Below are positions 1-12,100 of a stretch of DNA of 15,331 nt, piece after piece; the stretch's first letter is position 1, and each line of letters begins with the position of its first letter. This DNA is from Azolla caroliniana. Lineage: Eukaryota; Plantae; Polypodiophyta. Below the pieces are notes generated by a model that was not told the DNA's origin, ran no database searches, and saw nothing but the letters and a program-made list of their open reading frames with translations. The stretch covers positions 1 to 15,331 of the forward strand of contig JBHGNT010000803.1 of NCBI GenBank assembly GCA_043228905.1, in the 5' to 3' direction. The position numbers and the translations under genes are program-made.

Positions 1-108
1 ACAGTATGCTTCCCCAGCAACAGTTAGTAGATGTGGAATGGTTTTTATTGACAACAAGAATCTGGGCTACCATCCTTATATTTGGAAATGGTGTAATACA
101 AGGACAGG
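1..108 (+). CDS. DNAH10: Exon 1 (5'-partial), end of AAA2; not in ORF track
   Basis: Frame from nt 2 reads [35 protein letters not shown](G); donor gg|gtaaaa, phase 2. Confidence 0.92.
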
Positions 109-3100
109 GTAAAATAATAACCACAGACCATTAAGAGTTCAATATAATCATCTAAAGTAGGTTTTGAACATATTCGTCAGTGACAATATTATTCTTTTTA
201 AGTAATTACAATAAATCCTTAAAAATAAACTGCCCAACAATATTGTTTCCAGGTTAGATTAAGAATTTTTTACTCCACATTCATCTCTATTCTCAATTAT
301 AGTCCTTACCAACCAGGAGGCTGTGTGTATAATTAATACAACCATGGTCGATGGGTTTTTAACTCATTTTCTGCACTGAAGCATTGTAAACATCTATAAT
401 CTCAAACCTGGGCTGGTACTATTACAAGTATTTTATTACTCTCAACTCTTATAGGCTACACAGACATCACCTAGACATTTTAGAAGCCACAAACTAAGGG
501 GTGACATTTCAACATTATACCAAGTCATGCGATGATTTATGCTTCTCCAGCCTACTACAAGGAGAATCAGCACCGTCTTCACACCAGAGATCTCAGTAAT
601 ATAAAAGGATTAACTATTTCATTTGGCCAATCACTCATATTGGGCTTCAGTGGTTCTTAAGCTCATCACACTGTCGATCATTCCACTTCTGGTTGGTGTA
701 GCTTAAAGCTGCTGTCTCTCTCAAGCGGTGTTCTTGGTTGCATGTTGCATATACACCTGGCTTACATGCATGTAGGGTTGCCTGGCAGGATTGTATTAAG
801 AGCAATGACTGGTTAATATTCTCCACTTAAGAGGATGCAAGTATGTCCGTGCTGACTTTGACAAATGATCCTGAGACACATTTAACATGTTAACTTCATG
901 TTTCCTGAATTTCAGAGGAGCTTTTCTAATTTAGTTAGATTTTGTGTTCCCAAATGTGAAACCAAATTTTAAGATGTAATCTATAGTTCCTTCTCCTAGA
1001 GATTTTCTGTCTGATGTTAATGTAGCTTTCTTTCTTTATTTGTTGTCAACCAGCTCACAGATACAATACACATATTCCACAATTTCGTATAACATTTTAT
1101 GATATTTGACATTGGTGGTCACCAATCTTACCCTATACAATTTACCTTGGTGCAAATTTAGATATCTTGGTATACTTGTATTTATTGTAGTAGAAATGTA
1201 TGATCGTTATATTAATGAGACACCACAATACACAGCTGAAGGTTATAGATAAAGAGGGTACAGCTGATGAAATATATGATTAAATGTAAAATGGACACTT
1301 TGATGTCATGCTGACATGACATATGTTATGGAATATTCTATGGCTAAAGAAGTTAATCTTTCTTTTATCACTTAAAGAGAGGAGGCTGGGTGGCTACGAG
1401 AGCTAATGGAAAAGTATGTGAATAAATGTGTGGATTACATCCTGGAAGGAATCATAGACAATGAAATAACCACACCACTACTCCAAACTGTTCCTCGCAC
1501 CAACCTAAACCTTGTTATGCAGCTATGTTCTCTTATCGAGGCAGTTTTAAGTGGTGAACAAAAGGTTTCTTCAATGCAGGTAAGGCAGCAATTGCACCAC
1601 AGGATTCATTTTGCTTCATTTCATTCATATATGAAGCATGTGTGCTTTTTGGCAAATAACAGACCTTGGAAGCAGTTTTTATTTTTTGTCTAATTTGGTC
1701 CCTTGGGGGAGCAATTGTCCAAACATTAAATATCCAAGGTCGCTCTCGGTTTGATAAGTTTGTGAAGGACATTGCTGGTCTTCCATTAAGTACTGGTGAC
1801 CCATTGCCACCAAACCAATTGCCAAGTGAATTGCTCTACGATTACTACTTCAATATTATTGATCTCAAGTGGTGCTCATGGAACTCTATGGTTCCTGAAT
1901 TTCAAGTAAGTCTTGGCACTATTCTGTCTCTTCTTTGTGAGAAATCCAGGATATTTTCAGCATTATGAAATGATAACTTACTGAAGAACATATTTCTCGT
2001 TGTTTCAGCCACCACCTGATCGTTTATTTAGCAGTATTTTGGTGCCAACTATTGACACTGTTCGTTCTACATGGATTCTTAAAACCTTAATTCAGGTAAA
2101 TACACTCTGGTCATACATGAAACCAGAAGCTCAATTTAATCTCTCATTTCAACTTTACCATGGATCCGTTTTTGTACATATCCACAAGTATAAACCAATA
2201 ATAACTTCGGTAGTAGTAATAACCAAATTTTTGTGTATTAAACATCCTCACCTGTCTTGTGTGGAAAAACTGCCATCCATGACCTTGTAAAAGAATTCTC
2301 CACCACAAGCAGGATATGAATATCCCTTTCTATTAGGTTCAATATTGCATGTCCCAGCTTTAGTAGCATTAAATTACATGCTCTGTGTGATAGTACACTA
2401 TAGGAGAACATGCATCTAATCCAACGGTCTAATCCCATTCAAAACTGCCATAACTACTATCAACGTCCAATTAAAATAAAGTTAAAACCAGTTCTCTCAA
2501 TATGGCCAGTGTGCGCTTTCAGAAGATTTTGAGTAACAAGGTTTTTCCTAAGGCCTTGTGGAGTCAAACGTATGTGGACATATGGAGGCCATAACTGATC
2601 TGCTTGTGGTAGTCTTGATTTTAAGCAGTCACATTTAATAAGGCCTCACAAATAACTACTCACATAATAGTCACACTAGAGACTTGGCCTATTGCTTTAG
2701 CAAAAGGTTAATTGTAATAAACCGCTAAAATTCAATTTCTCCCCAACAGGTTGGAAAGCCAGTGCTATTCGTTGGAGAGAGTGGAACAGCAAAATCTGTT
2801 GCAATCCAGAAATATTTAGGTAGTTTTCCAGTTGCAGAAAATCTTATCCTAAATGTGAATTTTAGTAGCCGCACAACATCAATGGATGTTCAACTAACAA
2901 TTGAGGATTCTATAGAGAAAAGAACCAAGGTATGGCAATCATTTGATGAGTATATCGTACCCTCATTGCATTATTTGCCAATGGGAATGATATACTCTTT
3001 TAAGTCAATAGTCTTTATTTATAGTACACACTAGGATGATAAGAATAGTTTTTTATATGGTTTACTATGTTGATTTGAAGGATGTTTATGGACCTCCTCT

Positions 3101-6100
3101 AGGAAGACAAATGATACTATTTATTGATGATTTGAATATGCCTAAAGTGGATACTTATGGTACTCAGCAACCTATTGCATTCCTAAAATTGCTTATCGAA
3201 CGTGGAGGATTTTATGATAGAGGGTAAGTAAAGAGACAAGCTTTCTTGCTGGTAGGATCTTGAACTGTATAACTAAAATAACAGTCTGCTTTTCTCTTGT
3301 CATCTAGCAAAATATTATGAAAATGCTTAGGCTCTTTATCTACCATAGTAAATCATGTATTGAGTAAAATAAAATTATCTCCTCAGAAAAGAGCTAAACT
3401 GGAAGAATATAAAAGATGTGAAGTTTGTCAGTGCCATGGGCCGACCAGGTGGAGCAAGAAATAATGTGGATCCTCGATTCATTTCACTTTATTCTACTTT
3501 TGAAATCCAGTTTCCAGCTACAGCATCTCTGTTCCACATTTATAACTCAATTTTATCAGTTCACGTCAAAAGTCTGGCAACAGAAATACATGTATCTCTC
3601 CTACCTTTCACACTATTTATAGAAAAAAGAGCTCATTAGTAACAACAGCGATAGAACCAAAAAAACATATTTTATAATCATTCATGCCAAAACAATTTAA
3701 GAAAAATTACATGTAAGTGGAAGTTGTATGGATTGGAATATGTTCATCTAGAAGTTTTATGAAATAAATCTTGGGATTTTCATATGAATAGCCAATTCTG
3801 AGAATTAGTTGCCATATACGAGAAGAGACAAATTTATATTGTGTTGATACTGTGGATGATTTGTTCCTATTTCCATGACCATGAGGATCCTGCCAATTGA
3901 AACTGTGGCATGGTTGATTGATAATGGTTGGTATGAGGGTATTATGCATTTGTTACAACATTAAAGATTAGCATATCACTAGAATGTAGAGAGTTTGCCT
4001 CCTTCCCATTACCAAGCTCTCTACTGGACTCCTCTCCCTTCATATAGTACGGTTTGATCTCTTATAGAATGAACCTCAGGGTGTAAAGATGAGTGCAATG
4101 CTTTTAATAGAACCGCGACTATCAATCATGCTATGATATTGTATGCTGGCATTTAATTTCTACAATCCCTAGTTTTATGTATGTTTGTTTAAAGTCAAAA
4201 TGGACTTTGCTTTTGATAGACCAATTCCTATTTTTCTGGATAAGATAAAACAATATAGATTCCTTATTGTATAGTAATATTTCACTTCTATTTGTAGTAT
4301 TCTTTGAAAACTTATAATCCCAGATTCATATTAGCTTATGAAGTTTAATTACTGCAGGATATTTCTGAAAGCATTACACAGATGATGCTTGATTTATATA
4401 ACCATTTAGTTGAAGATCTTCCTCCAACTCCTGCAAAATTTCATTACATATTCAATCTACGAGATTTAAGCCGTGTATTTGAAGGTTTAACACTCTCCAC
4501 ACCAGATACAATCAAAACATCAGCACAAATGCTCAGATTGTGGAGAAATGAGTGTCTGAGAGTTTTCCATGATCGACTTATCTCTCAAAGTGATAAGGAT
4601 CTTGTGCAGGTTTCATTAGTTAACTTTAATTCAAATACCTTTGACAAGAATAGTCGAATTTGAAATAATGCATCTTTACTGAGGAGCATTGTATTGTCAC
4701 ATTTCAGAAACACATATTGAACCTTCTGAATCAGAAACATGGCAGTGATTTGGAATATGTGAGTAAAGATCCAATCATATACGGAGACTACCGTAACATG
4801 CTACAGTTAGCTGAGGCTAGGCTTTATGAGGATCTCGGTGAATACAGCAATATTAAAATATTGTTTGAAGAGATCCTTGATGAGTACAATGCGACCAATA
4901 AGAAAATGAATCTAGTGATGTTTGACGATGCTCTTGAACATGTAACTCGTATCCACAGGATTATGCGCCTAGATCAGGTAAAGCAAACATTTAAGATTCT
5001 TAATTTACTCTAATAACAAAGTGCGGCGTTAAGAGCATTTGAAACCATTTGAATTTGATGAACAATACATTTTTACAAAGATATAAAAGTTAATAACATT
5101 ATACACACTTTTTTCAGGGAAATGCCCTCTTGGTAGGAGTAGGAGGAAGTGGGAAAAAGAGTTTGTCTAAGCTAGCTGCATTTGCTGCTGGCTGCAAAGT
5201 GTTTGAGATCACATTGGCTCGTGGTTACAATGAAGAAACATTCCGAGAGGATCTGAAAAAACTATACAGCCTATTGGGGGTGGAGAATAGCCGTGTTGTT
5301 TTTCTATTTACAGATGCTCATGTTGTAGATGAAGGTTTCTTAGAGTTAGTCAATAACATGCTCACTTCTGGCATGGTACCGGCTCTTTTTAAAGAAGATG
5401 AGAAGGATGCATTGATTGGCCAGGTATAGTTAAGAGTAGAGTTCAGGATACTATCATTTCTGTAATATCTTTTAGGTAATAGAATCGTAGTACTATAATA
5501 AGCTGTACTGTGTGATGAAATGTCACAAGACAAAATCTGGTTTGGCAATTCATTATTTATAGGAGTCAGAGAAAAAAGCATGGATATGCTCCTCATTTTC
5601 TGAACAAGAAACATGAAAATTGCCAGATGAAATTTTGATTGTGAATATGTGTCATAGAGCTAGTGTTGTGAAAATAATTTTGGATAATTATATTTCCGAA
5701 GAGGACTGTTTAAGTGTCCTTACTATCCCGTTTAAATGATCAAATGAAGTATGTTGATGCGAGAAAAGGATGCAAATGAAAATGGTTGTCTAATATGCAG
5801 ATAAGAGACCAAGTCATAGCAGATGGTATCGTCGATACAAAAGAGAGCTGCTGGAGCTACTTCATCAAAAGGTGTCGTAGCAACCTCCATGTTGTATTGG
5901 CCATGTCACCAGTAGGTGACATGCTTAGAGCTCGCTGCAGAAACTTTCCTGGAATGGTAAATATTTTAAAACATTGAAATTGATGTGTTATTACTAATAC
6001 CAAATATTCATCACTTCCAAACAAAAAGACTTTTTCAATGTATAAAACCAGACATTATTTGCTAATGCTCATGTGAGAGTTAATCATGAATGATAAACAG

Positions 6101-9100
6101 GTAAATAACTGTGTTATTGATTGGCTCACGACATGGCCAGAGGAGGCTTTGCACTCAGTTGCCTCTGTGTTCTTGGATGAAGTTGATATTCCTAATTCCA
6201 TGAGAGAATCAATTGTCAAACACATGGTTATGGTTCATACAACAGTTTCATCAGAATCAGTTGAATTCAAGCAGAAACTTAGACGTCATAATTATGTGAC
6301 TCCCAAAAATTTTCTTGACTTCATTATGAATTACCGTGATTCACTTGCTTCGTGTCGTAAAAATAATTCTGACATGTCAGCACGGCTCTCTGGAGGGCTT
6401 GGAAAACTTATTCAAGCTAAGCAAGAGGTGGCGGAAATGCAGGTACTGTGTGCATTTCACATTGAAGAGAATGTTAACTAAGTCATATTGTGGAGCAATG
6501 GTTTGGATGATAGACAAAAGGATGGGTTCTAACACTACTATCTAGCATAAATCATAAGATTGGTAAATAAATAATCCTTCAATATTTGGTTTTCTTTTAG
6601 GTCACCCTCGCTGAAGCAAAAATCATTGTAGATGCAAAGACAGCTGAATGCAATCAATTGCTTGATGTAATCAGGTATTATTTCACATATTGCAATTTCT
6701 TAATATGTTTTCTTACTACCCCAAGAAATAGAAGTAACTTGCTATAGCAAAATGGTGAAGATATAGAAAATAAAGAAAGAAATATATATTAACGTCCATT
6801 AAGAGGCAAAAGGGCCTATAAGACCAAACAAGAGATTACGCCTTGAAATGTTGTGTCATCTTGTAGTATGAGTAGGAAAGAAAGTTGTGATTGTTCTTTG
6901 ATCATGAGCGTGCGTGGTTGTATTGTTGTCCTTGAACAACTTCTTTGTAAGTGTTTTGTGTTGAAGGAAGAAAAGTCCGAACCTCCATCAATCATATTCC
7001 ATTACCTTACGTAGTGAGCCAATTCTTGGTTAAAGAGGCAATGTTATCTCCCTCGCATTTAATTAAAAACAGTATAGTGGTAATGGATATCACCCTCTGA
7101 TGACATAATTGGCAGATTCTTTCTTCTAGAGGTGTCTGTGCATATCTACCTACTTCAATCGCCAACTGATGCGATGGGGTTCACAGTTGCTTTGTCACAC
7201 TGACAACACATGCGATAGATGTATATTCATATAAGATGGCCTGATGATGAACTTATCCTCCAACGTGTGTCAAGCATGTGCTTTATAGTATACCAAGAGA
7301 TGTTGTGGGTAGATCCATGTTCTTCTGTTATCCAGTTCAGATCACTCTATCCTTTTTCACTTTGGTCATGTTTTGTTGGGAACAATCCAAGCTATATTGG
7401 AACAAAGGTAGTGCATTTATGCTTATGCCATGTGACTCAAACCATTCTTATGTTTCAGCATATCATCAATGATTGTTTTGGTGACATGATTGCCAACCTT
7501 GAGTACCTTTGTTTATAAAGCTCTTAAACCTGTGGGATTATTCCGGTCACTGATTGGGATAATGAATTCAGTGATTATTGAGACTGCTCCCATCTCTGCC
7601 TGAATTATATCAAGGGGTACCAATGCTATATTTCTTATCATGCGTATTATTGAGAGTAAAGGTCTTTCTAAATCTCTCCAGTTATTTTCCTTGTGAATGC
7701 TTGGTCCCCAAGTTTCTATTCTGTAGAGAAGAATCAGTTGACAAGTGTATCAAATAGCCACAATTTAGTTTGTGCTCTTGGAGTTGTGTATGTGCACGTT
7801 GTCTGTCAAGAGCACCGAGGGCTGCATACCCATGTGAAAATCAAGCATAGACAGCCTCACAAAAGAACAGCCGAGCCCTGTGAGTGTTACTCCTAGGTAT
7901 GCATCAGATCATGTGTATGGCCTCTTTTCCTTTTCCAAGAAGAGTTCTGGTTCTGATCTTATTACCTACGCTTGAGTGGTGTTAAATACAATCACTTCAG
8001 TTTTATCTAGGTTTAGCCATACCTCATCTATGTAGAGACCAAAGAGACTGGGCAATAATGGGCATCCTTATTTCACCCCAATTGTTCTAGCCACAGCCTC
8101 TGACAACACATTAGGAGATCACAGTTCTCCTGACACGGATTCATGCAATGCATAGTTTCGCCATTGCATATCTATGGACAGCATCAATATGGTGTCAACA
8201 GCTTTTCAGAAATCCAATAAAGCAGCAATAAATCCTTTTTATGGGCTCTGCCCTTCTTGATAAGGGCTTCGATGGTCAATATGTGATCCAAAGTTGTGAA
8301 CCCCTTTTAAAATCTTGCCTTTCCAGCTGAACAGCATCTGTTCCTCTTCGCTTATGCACTTTATTTATTTATTTATTTTTTGCATCCATAAAGAGGTCTA
8401 TATTGACCCATGGGACCTGAGTAGACAAGTTTTCTTGATGTGTGTCTCCGTTAAAGGGATACTCATATTTCGAACCACAAAGTCTCTAGGATTGACCCAT
8501 GTAGTTTAGCCAAGTAGTTCTTACGTAGCGCATGGGATGACCATATATAATTCGTATCTATGTATAATGTGTATCCATATATAATGCCTATCTATATCCA
8601 TAAAGCTCCTCTTTGTAAAATGCAACCACTCCGCTGGAGCCTTTAGTGCTTCTTGGTATCCATGGGTAGGGACAACATATTAGCAGCCATCTATATCCTT
8701 GTGCATTAGGGTTTCAACCATGTTAGGGTTTCTGCTTAATAAAAGAAGTAATCTGAATTGGCGATCTAATGGTATTTGGTGTCATCATTATTCAGTATCC
8801 CTCTATGAGGATAATGATATCACATGTGAAGAGTCAACATGCTAAGCATAATTAAATGGTCCCTTTCTATAATTTTAAAGCATTTTATTGGAACCAAGAA
8901 TGTCTATTAGAATTTAGGGCTATATATATGGTTTGAAATGCCATGTAGTAACAAGATCTTTATATGTGACACAGCCAAAGTACAGCGGAGGTGCAATTAA
9001 AACAAAATTTTGCACAAGAAAAGCAATCAGATCTTGAAAGACAGAGTGAAGTAATTGGCAGAGAAAAAGTAGAGGCTGAGCAAGCATTAGAAGATGCACT

Positions 9101-12100
9101 TCCAGCTTTAGAGGCAGCAGCTGAGGCGTTAAACAATCTTAAGAAGGATGAAATCACAGAGATCCGATCATTTGCAAAGCCCCACATTCTAGTCCAAAAG
9201 GTTCCTAATTAAATTGGACGTGTTTGGATGCCAGCTGCATTTGACTGTATGAATGAGCTAAAAATTTTATGGTATAATTTCAGGTTTGTGAATGCGTAGT
9301 AATATTAAGGGGCATTAAAGACGTGTCCTGGAAGGGTGCAAAGGCAATGATGGCAGATAATCGATTTTTAGCAACCTTAATGGAATTTGATAAGGATGCA
9401 ATAACTGACAAGCAGGTTGTATTTCAATTCAAAATGGCTGTTCTTTTCAAATGTAAAAACAAACCGAACATTTAAATGCAAGATAATCATCTTAACTGCC
9501 TTCATAGGTTGCTGTGTTAGTTGACTTTCTTGTTTGGATACTTAATTTCTAATTTCGTATGAATCAGATAAGAGCTCTAAAGGAATATTTTAAAGATCCA
9601 AAACTCACAGTAGATGAATTGATGAACATATCAACGGCTGGAGCTGGACTCTTGCGCTGGGTTACAGCGATGATGAACTATAACAATATTGCAAAGGTGG
9701 TAATGCCGAAACGTTTAGCTGTAGCTACAGCTGAGAAAAATCTTAAAAATGCAAAAAGTGAGCTGGAAAAAATTCAACAAGAGGTAAATTTTCTGAAGAG
9801 AAGTATTGGTACACTGGAACTCTTAAATACTTTACAACGGTATTCAGAACCATAAAATTGACAGTAAATCAATGTGATTTATTCCAGATACAAGACCTAT
9901 CTAAGCAATTAGGGGTTTTACGAACTCAATTTGAAGCAAGCACTGCAGAGCAACAAGATTTGAAGAGAAAAGCAGACCTCATGGAGAAGCGACTTGATGC
10001 AGCCTCACGACTTATTGAAGGTCTGGCATCTGAGCACCAGAGATGGTCAAAAGAAGTTGAGGAACTTTGTATTTCTCGTGAAAAACTTCTTGGGGACTGT
10101 TTGATTAGCTCAGCTTTCTTGAGGTACGCAAAATTTGCAAAATTTACAGATAAGACGTTTTCATAGCATATTAATTTTGTTCATTGGATGACTCAGCTAT
10201 GTTGGAGCATTCACAATTGACTTTCGAACACGGATGATACAAGATGTTTGGCTTGTTAATATACAAAAGAACGAGATCCCAGTCAGCACTCCATTTCGAT
10301 TGGAAGGATTGTTAACGGATGAAGTTGAAATCAGTAGATGGGTTAGCCAAGGGCTTCCATCTAATGAACTATCAATACAAAATGGCATCCTCACAACACG
10401 AGCATCAAGGTTTCCTTTGTGCATTGATCCTCAAATGCAGGTGAATACTTTTTCTATGGTTTAAGACTTCACCTTTTGTGTGGGTCTGAATATTGATGTC
10501 TTAGTTTCTATCATCTTTAACACCTGACAGGTATAATCCACATGAAGAATTACTAACGCGACTAAACCCCCTGTAGAACACTCATAATAAAAATTAAGCT
10601 AAATTTGAGGCTAAACTCATGCTTGATTTTATCCGTGCAAAATATTCACATTATGGATCAGGCGAGGTTGGAATTGAAGATCAGCTCTATCTACTTGATC
10701 TTCTTTGCCCTCAGTTAATGCTTCCACTGGAAAGCAAGAAAGAATGAAATGTTTCATGTGTTTTAAGAGGCCAAACTGTCCTACAAAACCAAAATTATAA
10801 GTTTCCAAGAAATTCAACAAATCTCATTTATTGTATGGCCAAGAATCCATCCAATGACATCCAATACTATTTTAAGTGCCAGATAATTGTAACTGTAGAT
10901 CCAACTATCAATATATGTTGATATAGTATGGCCATGCCAGTGAAAAAACGTATATGCTTTTTTAAGTCTTCATTAAGCACATTGAAAGACATCATGTGCT
11001 TGTGAGTGGTTGCAACTATTTGATGCCTCACTGAATTTGTTGAGCTAATAATATGCACTCCTCATGAATCAACTGTCTAGACAAACAAGCTGAATCTGTT
11101 ATTCATTTCAGGGAAACATCAATTATGATATTAAATAAAGTATTCTCATTACACGTCATCCATATGCAGGCGATTAACTGGATAAAGAAGAAGGAAGGCA
11201 AACTACTCGAAGGAAGAATTAAGACATTTAACGATGCAGACTTCCTGAAGCAGCTTGAGTTAGCAGTCCAATATGGATTCCCATTTATGTTTGAAAATGT
11301 GGATGAGTATATTGACCCTGTCATTGATCCAGTGCTTGAAAGGGCAACAACATCATTGCCAGGGGGGCGGAAAACTGTAAAACTTGGTGATAAAGATGTC
11401 GAATGGGTAAGATGAATTTGCATTATCTTGGATAAAAGAGTAAGATATCTCAAATTACTAGCTTCTTTATTATATTACAATAGAATAGAATATAATGTAT
11501 TTTTATCCACAAGGACAATCTTGACCTGTAGGACCAAATTAATATTTAATACGTTAGTTTACTATTTATTTTTATTTGAGGGAGTCATAATAGATGTAGA
11601 AGACGAATTTCATTCCTCAAAAGCAATATGACAGATATTCATTCCATGCTTTTCAGGATGAAAATTTCCGGCTCTATTTGATATCAAAATTGCCAAATCC
11701 TCATTATGGGCCAGAAATATCGGGAAAAACAATGATTATCAATTATGCGGTTACAGAGCAAGGATTGCAGGCACAGCTACTGAATGAAACAGTAAGAACA
11801 ACTTAAGAACGAGCATGTCTTCTAATTAATATCTTAGTCTTTGTGAATGCATCACAAACTATTGATTGTAGACACAAGGATAAAGTGAACCTCAATCCAT
11901 AATTTATGTTTTGAAGGTCAAACATGAAAGACCAGACTTGGAAGAACAGCGCGAAGTATTAATACGAGAGAGTAGTGAAAACAAATCTCTACTAAAGACT
12001 CTAGAGGATACACTTCTGCGAGTATGTCTCTTGTTGAAAAGTAATTTACATAATTGAAGAGAAATCCGAGGATTTTAATTAAATACTTTAAATGTATGGA

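Noticed and set aside
763-1322. Short palindromes (763-774, 882-893, 1303-1322; also 6739-6750)
   Set aside because: A few of this length are expected by chance in 15 kb of AT-rich sequence
2419-2431. MSA-like atccaacgg motif (also near 14594-14602)
   Set aside because: Imperfect consensus, deep in introns, and compatible with chance or repeat debris
3592-3601. U12-type intron donor (gtatctct)
   Set aside because: It does not match GTATCCTT, and no TCCTTAAC-like branch point precedes the acceptor at 4357
7219-8509. Plus-strand ORFs 7219-7518, 7278-7472, 7693-7896 and 8315-8509 as nested genes
   Set aside because: They are shadows of the minus-strand LINE and have no recognisable protein features
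8706-8731. Two telo-box-like words (ttagggttt at 8706-8714 and 8723-8731)
   Set aside because: They overlap the apparent endonuclease codons of the LINE relic, are not a tandem telomere array, and have no promoter context
6740-8840. Target-site duplication flanking the LINE region
   Set aside because: Only a 7-nt gtgaaga match was seen and the 5' boundary is uncertain
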